Positions 36,935 to 48,031 of a stretch of DNA of 64,000 bases are shown here, one piece after another (position 1 is the first letter of the stretch; every line of letters starts with the position of its first letter). The translations under genes and the position numbers were made by a program. The notes beneath the pieces are model-generated. The model saw only the letters and a list, made by a program, of their open reading frames with translations, had not been told where the DNA came from and ran no database searches. The stretch comes from Flectonema sp. DT1601 (Eukaryota), in the NCBI GenBank assembly GCA_964019425.1, contig OZ025801.1:930001-994000 (forward strand). Reading direction: 5' to 3'.

Positions 36935-38212
36935 ATGATCAGCTCCCTATTTATAATGAGTACTGGCGGATGTGTCGTTATTGAAAAACACTGGAAAGGA
37001 AAGATTCCACGTCAAGTAACGGATGACTTTTATGCTGACTACATTATGACATGTGAGAATCCAAAAGATGTGTTACCGGTAGTGTACACAGGGAAGTATA
37101 TATTTGTTCATGTTTTACATTGTGATTTAATCTTTTTAGCCGTACTCAAGGGTGAGGCACCTGTTATGATGGTGTTGGAGATCCTTCAAAGAATTGTAGA
37201 AATCTTTGATAAATATTTTGATGACGTGACAGAGGATACCATCAGAGATAATTTCGTTACGGCTTATGAAATTTTGGAAGAAGTTCTCGATGATGGATTT
37301 CCGATGGCTGTGGAAACATCGAATCTAAAAGAATTGGTACCTCCGCCTTCAATCTCTCGTTTGTTTCAAAATATAAGAGGAGCTGACAATCAACCATCAT
37401 CACCAACTGCTTTTGATAATACGTCAACACCATGGAGAAGACATGGCGTTAGACATGTTAATAATGAAATATTCTTTGATATAATAGAAGAACTCCACAC
37501 AGTAATCGATAATGATGGAAAGACTATTTCATCAGAAGTCCAAGGGACGATACAATGCGACAGTAAACTTACTGGAATGCCGGATATCCTTCTGCAGTTT
37601 AAAAATTCTTTAGCAATGGAAGACTTATCATTCCATCCATGTGTCCGTCGCAATCGTTTCAGCCAAGATTCTGCTTTGTCATTCACACCTCCAGATGGTC
37701 CTTTCATATTAGCTCGTTATGGCGTTCTCAGTGATCAGCAGCACCAATGTCCGTTTTATGTAAAACCTCAAATTAGTTTTGGAGAAGGCGGAGGTCGTGT
37801 TAACATCATGGTTGGATACAAAGGTTCATTTAACCCAACAGGTAAGAAAGAGAACTCTAATGTTGATGTAAAATTAATAATACCAATGCCGAACACTGTA
37901 GACACTTGTACTATAAATCAAAGTCAAGGCTCTGCTATGTTTGACTACTCAACGAGAGAGATTGTATGGGATTTGCGAAGACTCAATCCAAAATCATCAA
38001 CGGTTCCAAACTTAACAGCTGATGTTCACATTCGATCTGATTCTCCGAGACCATCAGTCATCCCTCCTGTGATTGTTGAATACAATCAGTTAGGAGGAAG
38101 CTTTTCAGATGTTAAAGTAGACAGCGTTAACATTATCAATGAAAGCTATAAACCATATAAAGGAGTTCGATACATCGCAAAGTCTGGTCACTTTGTAGTC
38201 AGATCTTCATGA
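36935..38212 (+). CDS. AP3M: Adaptor complex AP-3 medium (mu) subunit
   Basis: MISSLFIM...IEKHWKG, DNFVTAYEILEEVLDDGFP, NNEIFFDIIEE, FHPCVR and YKPYKGVRYIAKSGHFVVRS. Likely start at ATG 36935 after AG 36922-23. Confidence 0.9.
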   Translation: MISSLFIMSTGGCVVIEKHWKGKIPRQVTDDFYADYIMTCENPKDVLPVVYTGKYIFVHVLHCDLIFLAVLKGEAPVMMVLEILQRIVEIFDKYFDDVTEDTIRDNFVTAYEILEEVLDDGFPMAVETSNLKELVPPPSISRLFQNIRGADNQPSSPTAFDNTSTPWRRHGVRHVNNEIFFDIIEELHTVIDNDGKTISSEVQGTIQCDSKLTGMPDILLQFKNSLAMEDLSFHPCVRRNRFSQDSALSFTPPDGPFILARYGVLSDQQHQCPFYVKPQISFGEGGGRVNIMVGYKGSFNPTGKKENSNVDVKLIIPMPNTVDTCTINQSQGSAMFDYSTREIVWDLRRLNPKSSTVPNLTADVHIRSDSPRPSVIPPVIVEYNQLGGSFSDVKVDSVNIINESYKPYKGVRYIAKSGHFVVRSS

Positions 38213-38860
38213 GAAGCCTTTTATCCTCTTTCTTGACGTTCAATACTACCCAAATCTAAAATAGCTGAAACAGACATTACTGGGTTGGATACTTGTACTT
38301 ACTGCTTAATTTCTAGTGTAGAAATATAGTGCAACTGTGTGTTGTGGTTGTGCCTCTGGTGATGAATTCCTCTTTAGGAGGGGGAAAAGTATTCAAGGGA
38401 GGGGAAAAAAAAAAAAAAAAATAGTAATTAAAAGTGTTACGCCGATGTTTTGTTTTTTGTTGTGCTGTGCTTTTATTGTTTCTGTTACATGTTGGCTGTG
38501 GAAGAATATCGACAACTGAGACTATCGAAGAATACGAAGTCATAATAACCGTTTTGTGATTATCTAAAGCAGTCTTTGTTTTGTCTCTTCTATTTATGCC
38601 CAAAAAAAAAAAAAAAAAAAAAAAAAAAAGGAAAGAAAAGCTGTGCTTTATTTATTTGTCTTCTTGTCTGAGTGAACTCGTCACTGCTAAGACACTAGTA
38701 GATTCGATAGGTAACTAACTTCAAGAATCGCTCAATTTCAATAGTATGACTCAAAGTAAGTCAGTTTTTTTTTGTTTTCTTAATTGCAAGCGAGTCTTTC
38801 TAATTCGTATTACTTAATTTTTTTTTTTTTTTTTTTTTCTTTTTCAGTCGGCAGCACAAT

Positions 38861-41287
38861 ATGCGTGCCTCGATTAGAGGATGTCGGTCATCAATACCAA
38901 GAAGGTGGTACTGTTCAAACACAGAAGCCGATACTGCGGATACAGCTGCGGCAATGAAACGTTACGCACGTATGACAAGTAAGCAAAAGATGGATGATCA
39001 AAGGAAGGAAATTAATATGAAATTCGGAGAAACCGTAAACTATCAAGATGTTGTAGACTATGAAAAAGCTAAGGGAACTGTATTACATCAAATAATTCAA
39101 GAAGGTAAAATGGGAATACTACCCGACGACGAACACGTTGCAGTCGCTTCAGGTACCCATCCAGCCATGCCTAAACGAATGCCAAAAGCAGAAGGAAAAT
39201 TTATAACAGAAATGGCTGCTGAATTGGGAGCAGAGCTTGAACCAGATGCTCAATTAATGTTCAACGGTGTTAAATCTCTCTCTCAAATTCAAAATGAAGC
39301 CAAGGCTGAAAAACGTAAAGAGTTCGTCAAAACCAGAGACACCGCAATAGGTAAAGCTCAGGACGCAGTGCAGAGTGGTTCCATGAGTAAGACTGAAGCT
39401 GCTAAAACCTTCATCAAACCTATGTCTGGCATGATGCTTGATGAAAGTGCGTTCCCACCTCTTCCAACAAATCCTCCTCCACACAGAACCCTAAGTATGG
39501 ATCAGAAGGATCAAATATTGGAGTCAAGTGAAAAAGTATGTTTTACCAACCGTCAAGTATTTTCTTACGTTCCCATTGGAATAATAATAAAACAAAACAA
39601 ACAAACAGCAAGACAAGGCGATGGAAAAAATCTACGATGCAGCATTTGAGAAATGGAAATTACAAAAAGAGAAGTCAAACCAAATGAGGGATGACGGTAC
39701 AATGGAATTACAGATTTCAGACGAAGAGCGGGGTATGAATAATTTCTCGTTGTTAATTACTTTATCACCTTTGCTTTGTAGACTTGTTCATAAAACCTTC
39801 AAATTAAACAGCTGAAAATATTAAGCAAAGACAAGAAGCAATCAATGTAATGCAAGAAAAGGAAGCTAATGAACCCGACCTTCTTGAAGAGCTTGAGAAA
39901 AAGTACTTTCCAGAAAAAAATATCGAACAAGAGAAAGAAGACAGAGAAAGATTCGAAGAAAAGAAAAAAGAAGCACAAGTAAACCTAAAGCCTCTTAAGA
40001 ATGCCTTGACAAATATGTTACAAAAACAGATCGTCATGACTGGACCAAAACCGTTGGGAGACTTCATGAAAGAACTAATGATCAATCCAGAGTACGGTTA
40101 TTACACAACAAAGAAAAAGGTTTTTGGTAGAGAAGGTGATTTCATTACTTCACCTGAGATCTCTTGTATGTTCGCTGAATGCCTAGCTGCGTGGGGATAT
40201 GATACTTGGGAAAAAATGGGTTGCCCTCCAAGATTCTATTTCATAGAAATTGGTGGAGGTCGGGGAACACTAATGGCAAACATGCTGAAGATAATTGCCG
40301 ATAGTTTTCCTGCTTTTTTCGATGCGATGATTCCATGTTTAGTTGAGGTCAGTGAAACACTACAGGTAGCACAAAGAGAAAAGATTCTCGAAGTATGCGG
40401 CAAAGAGATAAGAGACCGCGTCATTCACAGCGATGACTTCGAAGGCCTCCCACTCAGAACGAGCCCTCTTCCAGTAATCTCACTTTGTAATGAACTGTTT
40501 GATGTGTTTGCAGTATCAAAGTTTCAATATACAGAAAGAGGTTGGTGTGAGTGGATGGTAGAGTTTGATGAAGACCCTCACGTTCCAGAACATTTTAAAT
40601 TCGTATTATCACCTGGAGAAACAGCAAACAGCTTACTAAGTATCCCTCATGACATGCGTCAGAAATGTAGAGAACAACGACTTCTAGGAAAGACTATCGA
40701 ACTACAGATGCAAGGCTACCAGTTCTTAGAAAGAGTTTTAAACCAACTCCACAAATTAGGAGGAGCATTCTTAGTAATAGATTACGGTAAAGATGATTTT
40801 ATCGAAGACTCCTTACGAGGTATTAGAGATCATAAATTTGTACATCCCCTCAGCTCACCTGGTGAAGTGGACCTTTCAGGTTTCGTCTCATTTATGATGC
40901 TCAGAAGAACTGTAACCCGTAACCAGCAATTAGAAGATAGAATTCATGTATCCTCGGTTATGAATCAGGGAGAGTTTCTTAAGCGTACTGGTATTGAGGT
41001 ATGTGTCAAAAGCAATTTTTTTTTTCTTTTCTCTATCATACTATTTTGGCACTCAATACTCAATAATAAACCAGGCACGTGCAACCAGTCATCTTCTATC
41101 AGCAAATAATCCCAGAGACGCTGGAAAGATTACGAGAGAGTTTACGAAACTAACTGATGAGGAGGAGGTAAATGGAATGGGGAAGAAGTTTAAATTTATG
41201 TGTTTTACATCAAAATCAAAATCAGCAATGATTCCTCCATGTCCATGGTATAAAGATGATATGGAACAAGGCAAGCTTAATTCCTAA
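38861..41287 (+). CDS. NDUFAF7: MidA/NDUFAF7-family SAM-dependent methyltransferase with long N-terminal extension, 732 aa; exons 38861-39535, 39609-39732, 39812-40998, 41075-41287
   Basis: GYY...FGREGDFITSPEIS, IEIGGGRGTL, NELFD, IDYG, PGEVDLS and MGKKFK. Three GTATG..CAG introns join the pieces in frame. Confidence 0.88.
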
Positions 41288-41477
41288 ATATAATTCAGTA
41301 GAGTACGAGCGACAATTTAAATGGACTTTCTAAGACTTTATTATTTCTGGGAAATGTAACAATACCGAACGAGTGGTAAAGTTACATAGTATCACATACT
41401 AGGCCATATCTAGGTATATAAAGGTATTCATTCGAAATATAAATGTGTATAATTATTTCATTCTAGGATATTAAATT

Positions 41478-42221
41478 ATGTCTTGCGGTCACGAAGCAAA
41501 GGAACATGGACACCATCACCACCATGCTGGTTGTGACCACTCAAATGATGACAAGGAAGCTGAAAATGTCGTAGCTGGAGAAATGCTAAATGGATACATT
41601 GAAATAGGCAAAGCCAGGGGATCGAATATCAGTGAACCTGACGACTTGCCGAAAGTTCTCGTCAAAGAATGGGAAAACAGAAGAGATTTCACTCATTCTA
41701 TTGAATCTGACTGTGATGAAGAACTACTAATTTATGTTCCATTCACTGAAGTTGTTAAAATAAAATCACTGACAATCGTTGGAGGTACAGCAACTGACGA
41801 CACAACCTCTCCATCTGTCGCTAAGGTATGCCATTAACTTAACTTATAAAAGATGAGTTGTTATATTGTTTTTTATAAACAACAACAACAATTACAGTTG
41901 TACGTCAATCGAGATGACTTGGATTTTGACGCGGCAGAAAATACGAAACCAGTGCAGGAATTACAACTTCAAAAAGGCTGTCTTGGAGACATGGAGTATC
42001 CTTTAAAGATTAGTAAGTTCTCAGCTGTTCGTGATCTCACCATCGTATTGCCATCTAACTTTGGTGGTGAGACAACGATCGTCAATTCGATGTTTTTTAG
42101 AGGAGCGAATTCGAAAATATCAACCGACAGAGTAGTCATGACGGCCGTCTATGAGACTCAAGGACAACTCAAAGATCACAAAGTTCACGGAGTTGCTGAT
42201 GCTCCGTCACAGATATCGTAA
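41478..42221 (+). CDS. PITHD1: PITH-domain protein, 223 aa; exons 41478-41825, 41898-42221
   Basis: His-rich N-terminus, ESDCDEELLIYVPFT, AK|LYVNRDDLDFD, NFG and AVYE. Confidence 0.9.
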
Positions 42222-42431
42222 ACATTAACATCAACAGCAAAACCCCAGGTCCCTTAATCCATCTTGCCTGTGATAAGAGTCTTTTGTGTTTTATAAGTTA
42301 GTTAGTTTTGCTGGTATTTTAGATTAACTATTTCGTGTCTCTACGCGACGTTGGAACAGACTCTGTTTTTTAATCTAAAGGAATAATCGATTACTTCTTC
42401 ACAAGAAATACACTTAAAAGAGAAAAAAGAA

Positions 42432-43739
42432 ATGTCTTTCCGACAACAAGCAAGCAGCAGTATGAGTTTGTTGTGCGAGACGGGTACGGTAGACTCACAG
42501 TTAGACTCTCTGAGACAAGCAGTTAAGAAAGAACGAGCAAAACGCGGAGAAACCACAAGAAAGTGGTGCACTGCAACAACAAAAGACGAACCAGGTGTTA
42601 CTAAAAAGAATTCGATACTTCATAGCAGACTAGCTAAGACTGAAGTCTCAAAAGCCATGAAACAGGTAGAAACATTCGACTTGTTTGGTGGCGTTCTCAG
42701 TACCGAGCAGCTGACTAAGGAAGCAGATGTCGACAAAAAGAAGATAAAACGATTGCAGGATACGAGACAGCAACGGGTTTCCGAATTCGCTGAAATAGAC
42801 GCTTACACTTACGACGAAGAATCTGAACAGAAACGGCACATCCGCAGACAAGTCCAACCTCGAGAAACAAAAGCTATTGCTGCTCCATCACCACCTCCAA
42901 GTAGACGAAAGTCGGAAGACTCCTCTTCATCATCTGTAAGAATGAGAAGACAACAAGTATCGACAGGGAATCGAACTGGAGGTATTTGGGATGTCTACGA
43001 ACTGAATACCGAATCAAAATCAGCTCTAAATTCATTTCGAACATCTACAAAACCAAAAAACAACAACTCTCCTCCTCAAGTAACTCCCGAAAAAGTCAGA
43101 ATGGAAGAACTTCAGCGACTACTACTAACACCACCAGCTGTAGGAAGTAACGCAGCTGCTCACCAGCAAGTACAACAAGAAGCATTGGTTGAACTACAAT
43201 ATTTACAACAGGGGGGTGCTTTGAAAAGCTATGCAAAAGGTACAGGTAGTGATCCCAACACTAAGTCTGTAACATTTAATTCTACTAGGAGTAATTCTTT
43301 ATTAGAAGGTGAGTTCAATGAGGAAGCAAATAGAAAATCTTTTCAGGAAGCCCTACGAGGTTGGAGAACAAACGATTCTGACAAACAGCAACCTACTGGA
43401 GTTCAACAATCGGGAGGTAGTCTTCTGAGTGGTGATCTAGATGAGGATTCGAACCGACGCGCATTTCAAGAAGCTGTTCAGAGTTGGCGCTCTTCTGGAC
43501 AACAACAGATTTCTTCATCCACGCCATCCACTGCAGCTGTCTCAACTGAAGCCGGAGCGCCTATGAAAGTTCCCATCAAACCACTTGCTAAAGAGTTTAT
43601 TAATGAGTATGTTTTTTATTTATTATACAAAAGATACTATATGTGAACAACTATATAAACAATCAACAGACTTAACAACGCAACGCAGATGGTCTATTTC
43701 TCACATCTTATGGAATGCTCTTCGAAGGGTGTTTGTTAA
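42432..43739 (+). CDS. ZBBX-like protein (no visible B-box); exons 42432-43606, 43670-~43739 (3' end uncertain)
   Basis: Twice-repeated SLL.G.(F/L).E..NR..FQEA...WR motif and N-terminal coiled coil (LDSLRQAVKKERAKR...W), both resembling my recollection of ZBBX. Intron 43607-43669. Confidence 0.6.
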
Positions 43740-44055
43740 TATCTTTTTTTTTTTTTTTTTTTTAAAATTATAATTACCGTATTCATTCTTATTGATTCTT
43801 GCTTATTGAAATTAAATAAACATAAATGTCATAGATCTGTTCCTTTAACTACTACTGTGGTTGGGGGAATTCTTTTTTTTTTTTGTTTTTTGTTTTGGTT
43901 TGTTTTTTTTGTTATTTTTAAGGAAAATAGTATTATAAGTCTTTTTTTTTTTTTTTTTTTATAAATTTTTTTGTTTTTGTTTTTATTGTATTATTATTGT
44001 TACTAATTTTTTTTTTTTTTTCGATCAATCAGAAAAAAAGCAGGGTATTGTAATT

Positions 44056-45621
44056 ATGGTCGTCAGTAACAATGTATCACTTAAATTAGCAGAAATGAGA
44101 TGCGCTCTCATCGAATTAGGAAAACTAACAAAGACTAGCATTGTTGACATGGCGCAGGAATTTGTGCTATTTTCAGAAGATGAGTTAAGGAGTTGTTTAG
44201 AAAAAAGTCTTCACGCAGTACCTCCGTCAGGTGCCAGAACTCGACAGGCCAGACCAAGAACAAGTTTAATAGAAGAGAGGAAAATGGGAAATGCGTTTGT
44301 TTGTGATCCCGCATCGTCGATAGTGAGCGTTTCTGAAGAAGCGGTTGACTGTGTTATTGAGGTACCCAGTGATGATGAAGTATTGCGAAGCTCTTTAAGT
44401 ATAAAAGAAAATTGTAGAACTTCATCGAAATCTTCCTCACTGGTTCTGACGTTTTCAACAACCAGGTCGGAGGATCCAGCGATTAATGAAATTATAAACA
44501 ACGCTGTCTACGGTATCGAAATAGAGTCGTTCATTGTAAAAAAGACTCATGAACTTTGCACTAGTGACATAACCAAAGCTAGGGATGAGATATGCCCTTA
44601 TTTAGAAAAGTCAGTGTCAAGGTGTAATTTTAAGTTTATGGAATGTGCAGCAAGTAAAGGAGACACAGCATACACCTGTTGGAAGGTTACGACTGATAGC
44701 AGCATCACAAGTGAAGATGGACGACCACTGTTCGGGTTTGAGGTGGTGTCGTCAAAGCTTAAGGGGTGGGAGGGTCTCAACACTACTAAACGTGTCGCAT
44801 GTGCGATGACTGACTATGGCTGTGCAACAAATAACACAACCGCACTACACGTTCATGTTTCTTTTGAAAAAATAACTAACGCTCAGGTTCAAAACTTCGC
44901 TCTTTGGTATCTATTTTTTGAAACAACAATCGACCAGTTCCATTCCTACCCACGACGGGGTGACTCAAGCAGATACTGCAGAAGTGTACGTCGAAGTGTA
45001 CTTGCTTCAAGATATGACCAGACAGGATGTAATGACAAGGCAGCCTTAAAAACAATAAGCATGGTAGACGTATCGTATACTCAAGGCTTTAATCAAATGA
45101 TCAAATTACTTAATCCTCAACTCAATCAGAAATCTAACTCTGGACGGAATCACAAAGTTAACTTTCAACTACTAAAAAAGACAGAAGTTGGTGTCCCAAG
45201 CAGGAGAGTTGAATTTCGCCAACACGCTGGTACTTGTGATGGAGAAGAAATTGTCATGTGGGCTCGGTTTTGTACTGTTTTTTCATATGTGTTCTGCAGC
45301 AAAGAACTACCAAGCTTTGAGTTAGAACCGTCTGCATCCCTGTTATGGGAATCCTTGAAAGATGATGTTTTACAGTATGTTATTTATATGGTTGTTTTGT
45401 AGAAAGTCGTCAGGTCATTAAAAAAAACAACAACAATCAGGAACTATTATTCGGTAAAAAAGTATGCCTTACCCGAGCAGGAAGTACAAGAGAGAACCAG
45501 ACTTTCAGAGGAGATGAGACCCATGCCTCCGAGAAGACTATCTCGAGGAGTTGTTCGAAGTCAGTTCAGATTGTCGAACGTCAGCTGCGATGAGTTCATC
45601 ACTGCGAATCCATTACCGTGA
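44056..45621 (+). CDS. Putative amidoligase (Amidoligase_2 / COOH-NH2 ligase family), 499 aa; exons 44056-45374, 45441-45621
   Basis: YGIEIE, WKVTTDSSI, FEVVS, ALHVHVS, KVNF and VEFRQHAGT appear in the family order. Confidence 0.85.
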
Positions 45622-46295
45622 AGATATGGCAAAACAATTATCTGATGTTCAGCTTTCCGTTATGGGTTTTGTTTTCCGTTAAAAAAATGAAGACATGCGT
45701 TTGCTTATTCTGGTTTTTTTTTTCTTTTTACATTCCTTTTGTTGTTGTCTTAATTGCTATTCTCATTGGTTTATGTTCTTTACTCTCCTTCTCAAAATGC
45801 CGAGTTTAAGAGTTCGCTGTGCCCAGATGTTCAATTTTTTTTTTTTTTTTTTTTAGTTGTCGTGATGCAATATTATAGTGTGCACATTTGTCTCTGTTTT
45901 CCTTTTTTTTTGGTTGGTTCAAGGAACACTGCAGTAACTCACCGCTTTGTTGCCGTGTTGGGGAACCTCGTTCAATAGAAACGGAGAGGAAAAAAAAAAA
46001 AAAGAGAGAGAGAGAGAGAGAGAGGTTTTTATTTTTATTGTTCAGCGTTACAACGCTTTCCAGCGCTTACGTAAATATCTGCTGCTCTTCCTTCTCGTAG
46101 CCCGTTTTTTTTTTTCCACTCTTTTCTTCTTTTTTCGAAAAAGTGATGTTTTTTTTCTGCTCTCTGTTCTTACTTTCATGGTGTCCAACAAGGGAGAATT
46201 TCTCAATTTTCGACGAAAGAAACCCTTTTTTTTTTTTTTTTTATAAAAGATTGGTTGTTTCGAGTTTGTTGTATTATTATGTTCTGCCGACTAAA

Positions 46296-46326
<31 letters not shown>

Positions 46327-48031
46327 GGAGAAAAAAGAATATGAGTCATCTATCGATTCCGTATTGTACGATCATCAGCCACGGAGATCGTGTTTACCTT
46401 TTAGTCAACATGTATTGTAACTAATGTTTTATTTTAGTTAAACTCTAGTACAATATACTCAAAAAATATTCAACCTCCCTTTTCAAACTGTAGTGAGAAA
46501 TAAGGAATTCCCTTATCTTATTACTCTCGTGGTGTGAATTATGTTTGCTGGTGGTGGTTGTATTACAGACCTGCAACTGCTTACACTCTTTTCCCGCAAT
46601 GATGGACACTGCTGGTTTGATATTTGTTTAATCCATTACTGTCAATGAATTTATTTCTCCTTTTCCCAATTGGTGGGAATGATGGTGTGTTTGGATTTTA
46701 TTTGTTTACGTGTCTGTTTTTTTTTTCTTTTTTTTTTTTTTAGTTCTTCCTTTCGAGCAAATCATTTTGTTTCCTTCATTTTCCCAAATTTCTTTTCCAG
46801 CATAGCGCAGGAGAATAAAATCGAGAAAATTTTTTTTTGTACTCAGAAAAGAATAATTGATCACCTTGTTATGTTTTAGTCCATATTCCTTCATCGTGTG
46901 TGATGTAAAGTAGGGTAATACTCGCAGATGAGAATAATAAATTTTTCCTCACTCATCTTTGTTATTCAGTTTTTAATGGTGTTAGTCCCCCCAGTTCCAA
47001 GCACTGATTTACAACAACTGAATCAAAGAGACAGTGTATACGGATAAGTTAGAAAAAAAAAATAGTTCACAATAATATTTTGCGTTTTTGACATATCAGT
47101 TTTAAAGTTCTTCCACAACAATCCTAATAAGATTACTTCTTATGTAAGTGTTCGATATGTTTACCTCATGGTCTATGTAACGAACTGCATCGACGGAACG
47201 TGTAGTAGTGAATCCCAATTATTTTATTTACATGTGACTGTGTCATTGTTCACTTGTTGTGTTTATCTTTTTTTTTTTTTCATTTACACTTATTTTACTT
47301 TTGTTTGTCGGGAGGAAATTCAGTTACCCAGGAGGTAGTTTTGCATAGGTTTTTTTTTTTTTTTTTCCCCGTTTTTTGCACCGACAAAGTCGGAGAAGAA
47401 AACTTTTCATAAGAATAGTTTTATTTATTATGCTCAAAAAATGTTACCTATTTTCCCTGTGCCGCCACGGATATACCTGTCTGTAGTCAACAAATATAAG
47501 GCTAATCTGAATGCTTTTTCTTTAATACCAAACAGCTTAGTTGTTAGAGAAAAAAAAAAAAAAAAAAAAAAAAAGAATGTTGACAGAGCGCAGACCCTTC
47601 TTTAGCATTTCTTGTTTGTAAGAATTATTGTTTACCTCTTATTTTGTTTACCTCTGAAAATCTTTTTTTTTTTTTGCATATTAGTACTTTGTTATTTATT
47701 TATTTATTTTTTTTTTTTGTGGGAAGTTGTACACGAAACATAGCCCACTCACAGTTCTTACTACTGATTTGTAGTTTCTAGTGTCAACAGATTCTTCTTG
47801 AGCACTACTCATTTTTGTTCACACGCACCACTCCGAGGCGTGCCGATTGTTAAATTTAATTACGTCTTTCACGTGTTTTTATAATACTTTCCTTCTTACA
47901 GGAAACCAAGTACGAGGATGAGGTTTTCTTGCTAATGTCAAACACTTCTCATGTTCAGTTGGTATTTCTATATTCTTATTGATCACAGTAAATACATCAC
48001 ATGCTGTAACTGACTGTTATCGTAGATAAAT

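Noticed and set aside
24488..43870. Shared ACTACTGTGG..GGGGA motif downstream of PNKP and the ZBBX-like gene
   Set aside because: Only two short instances, which cannot be distinguished from chance without genome-wide counts.
26357..46894. Many 60-100 aa poly-Phe/poly-Lys ORFs in spacers
   Set aside because: Translations of T and A homopolymer tracts, mostly with non-ATG starts.
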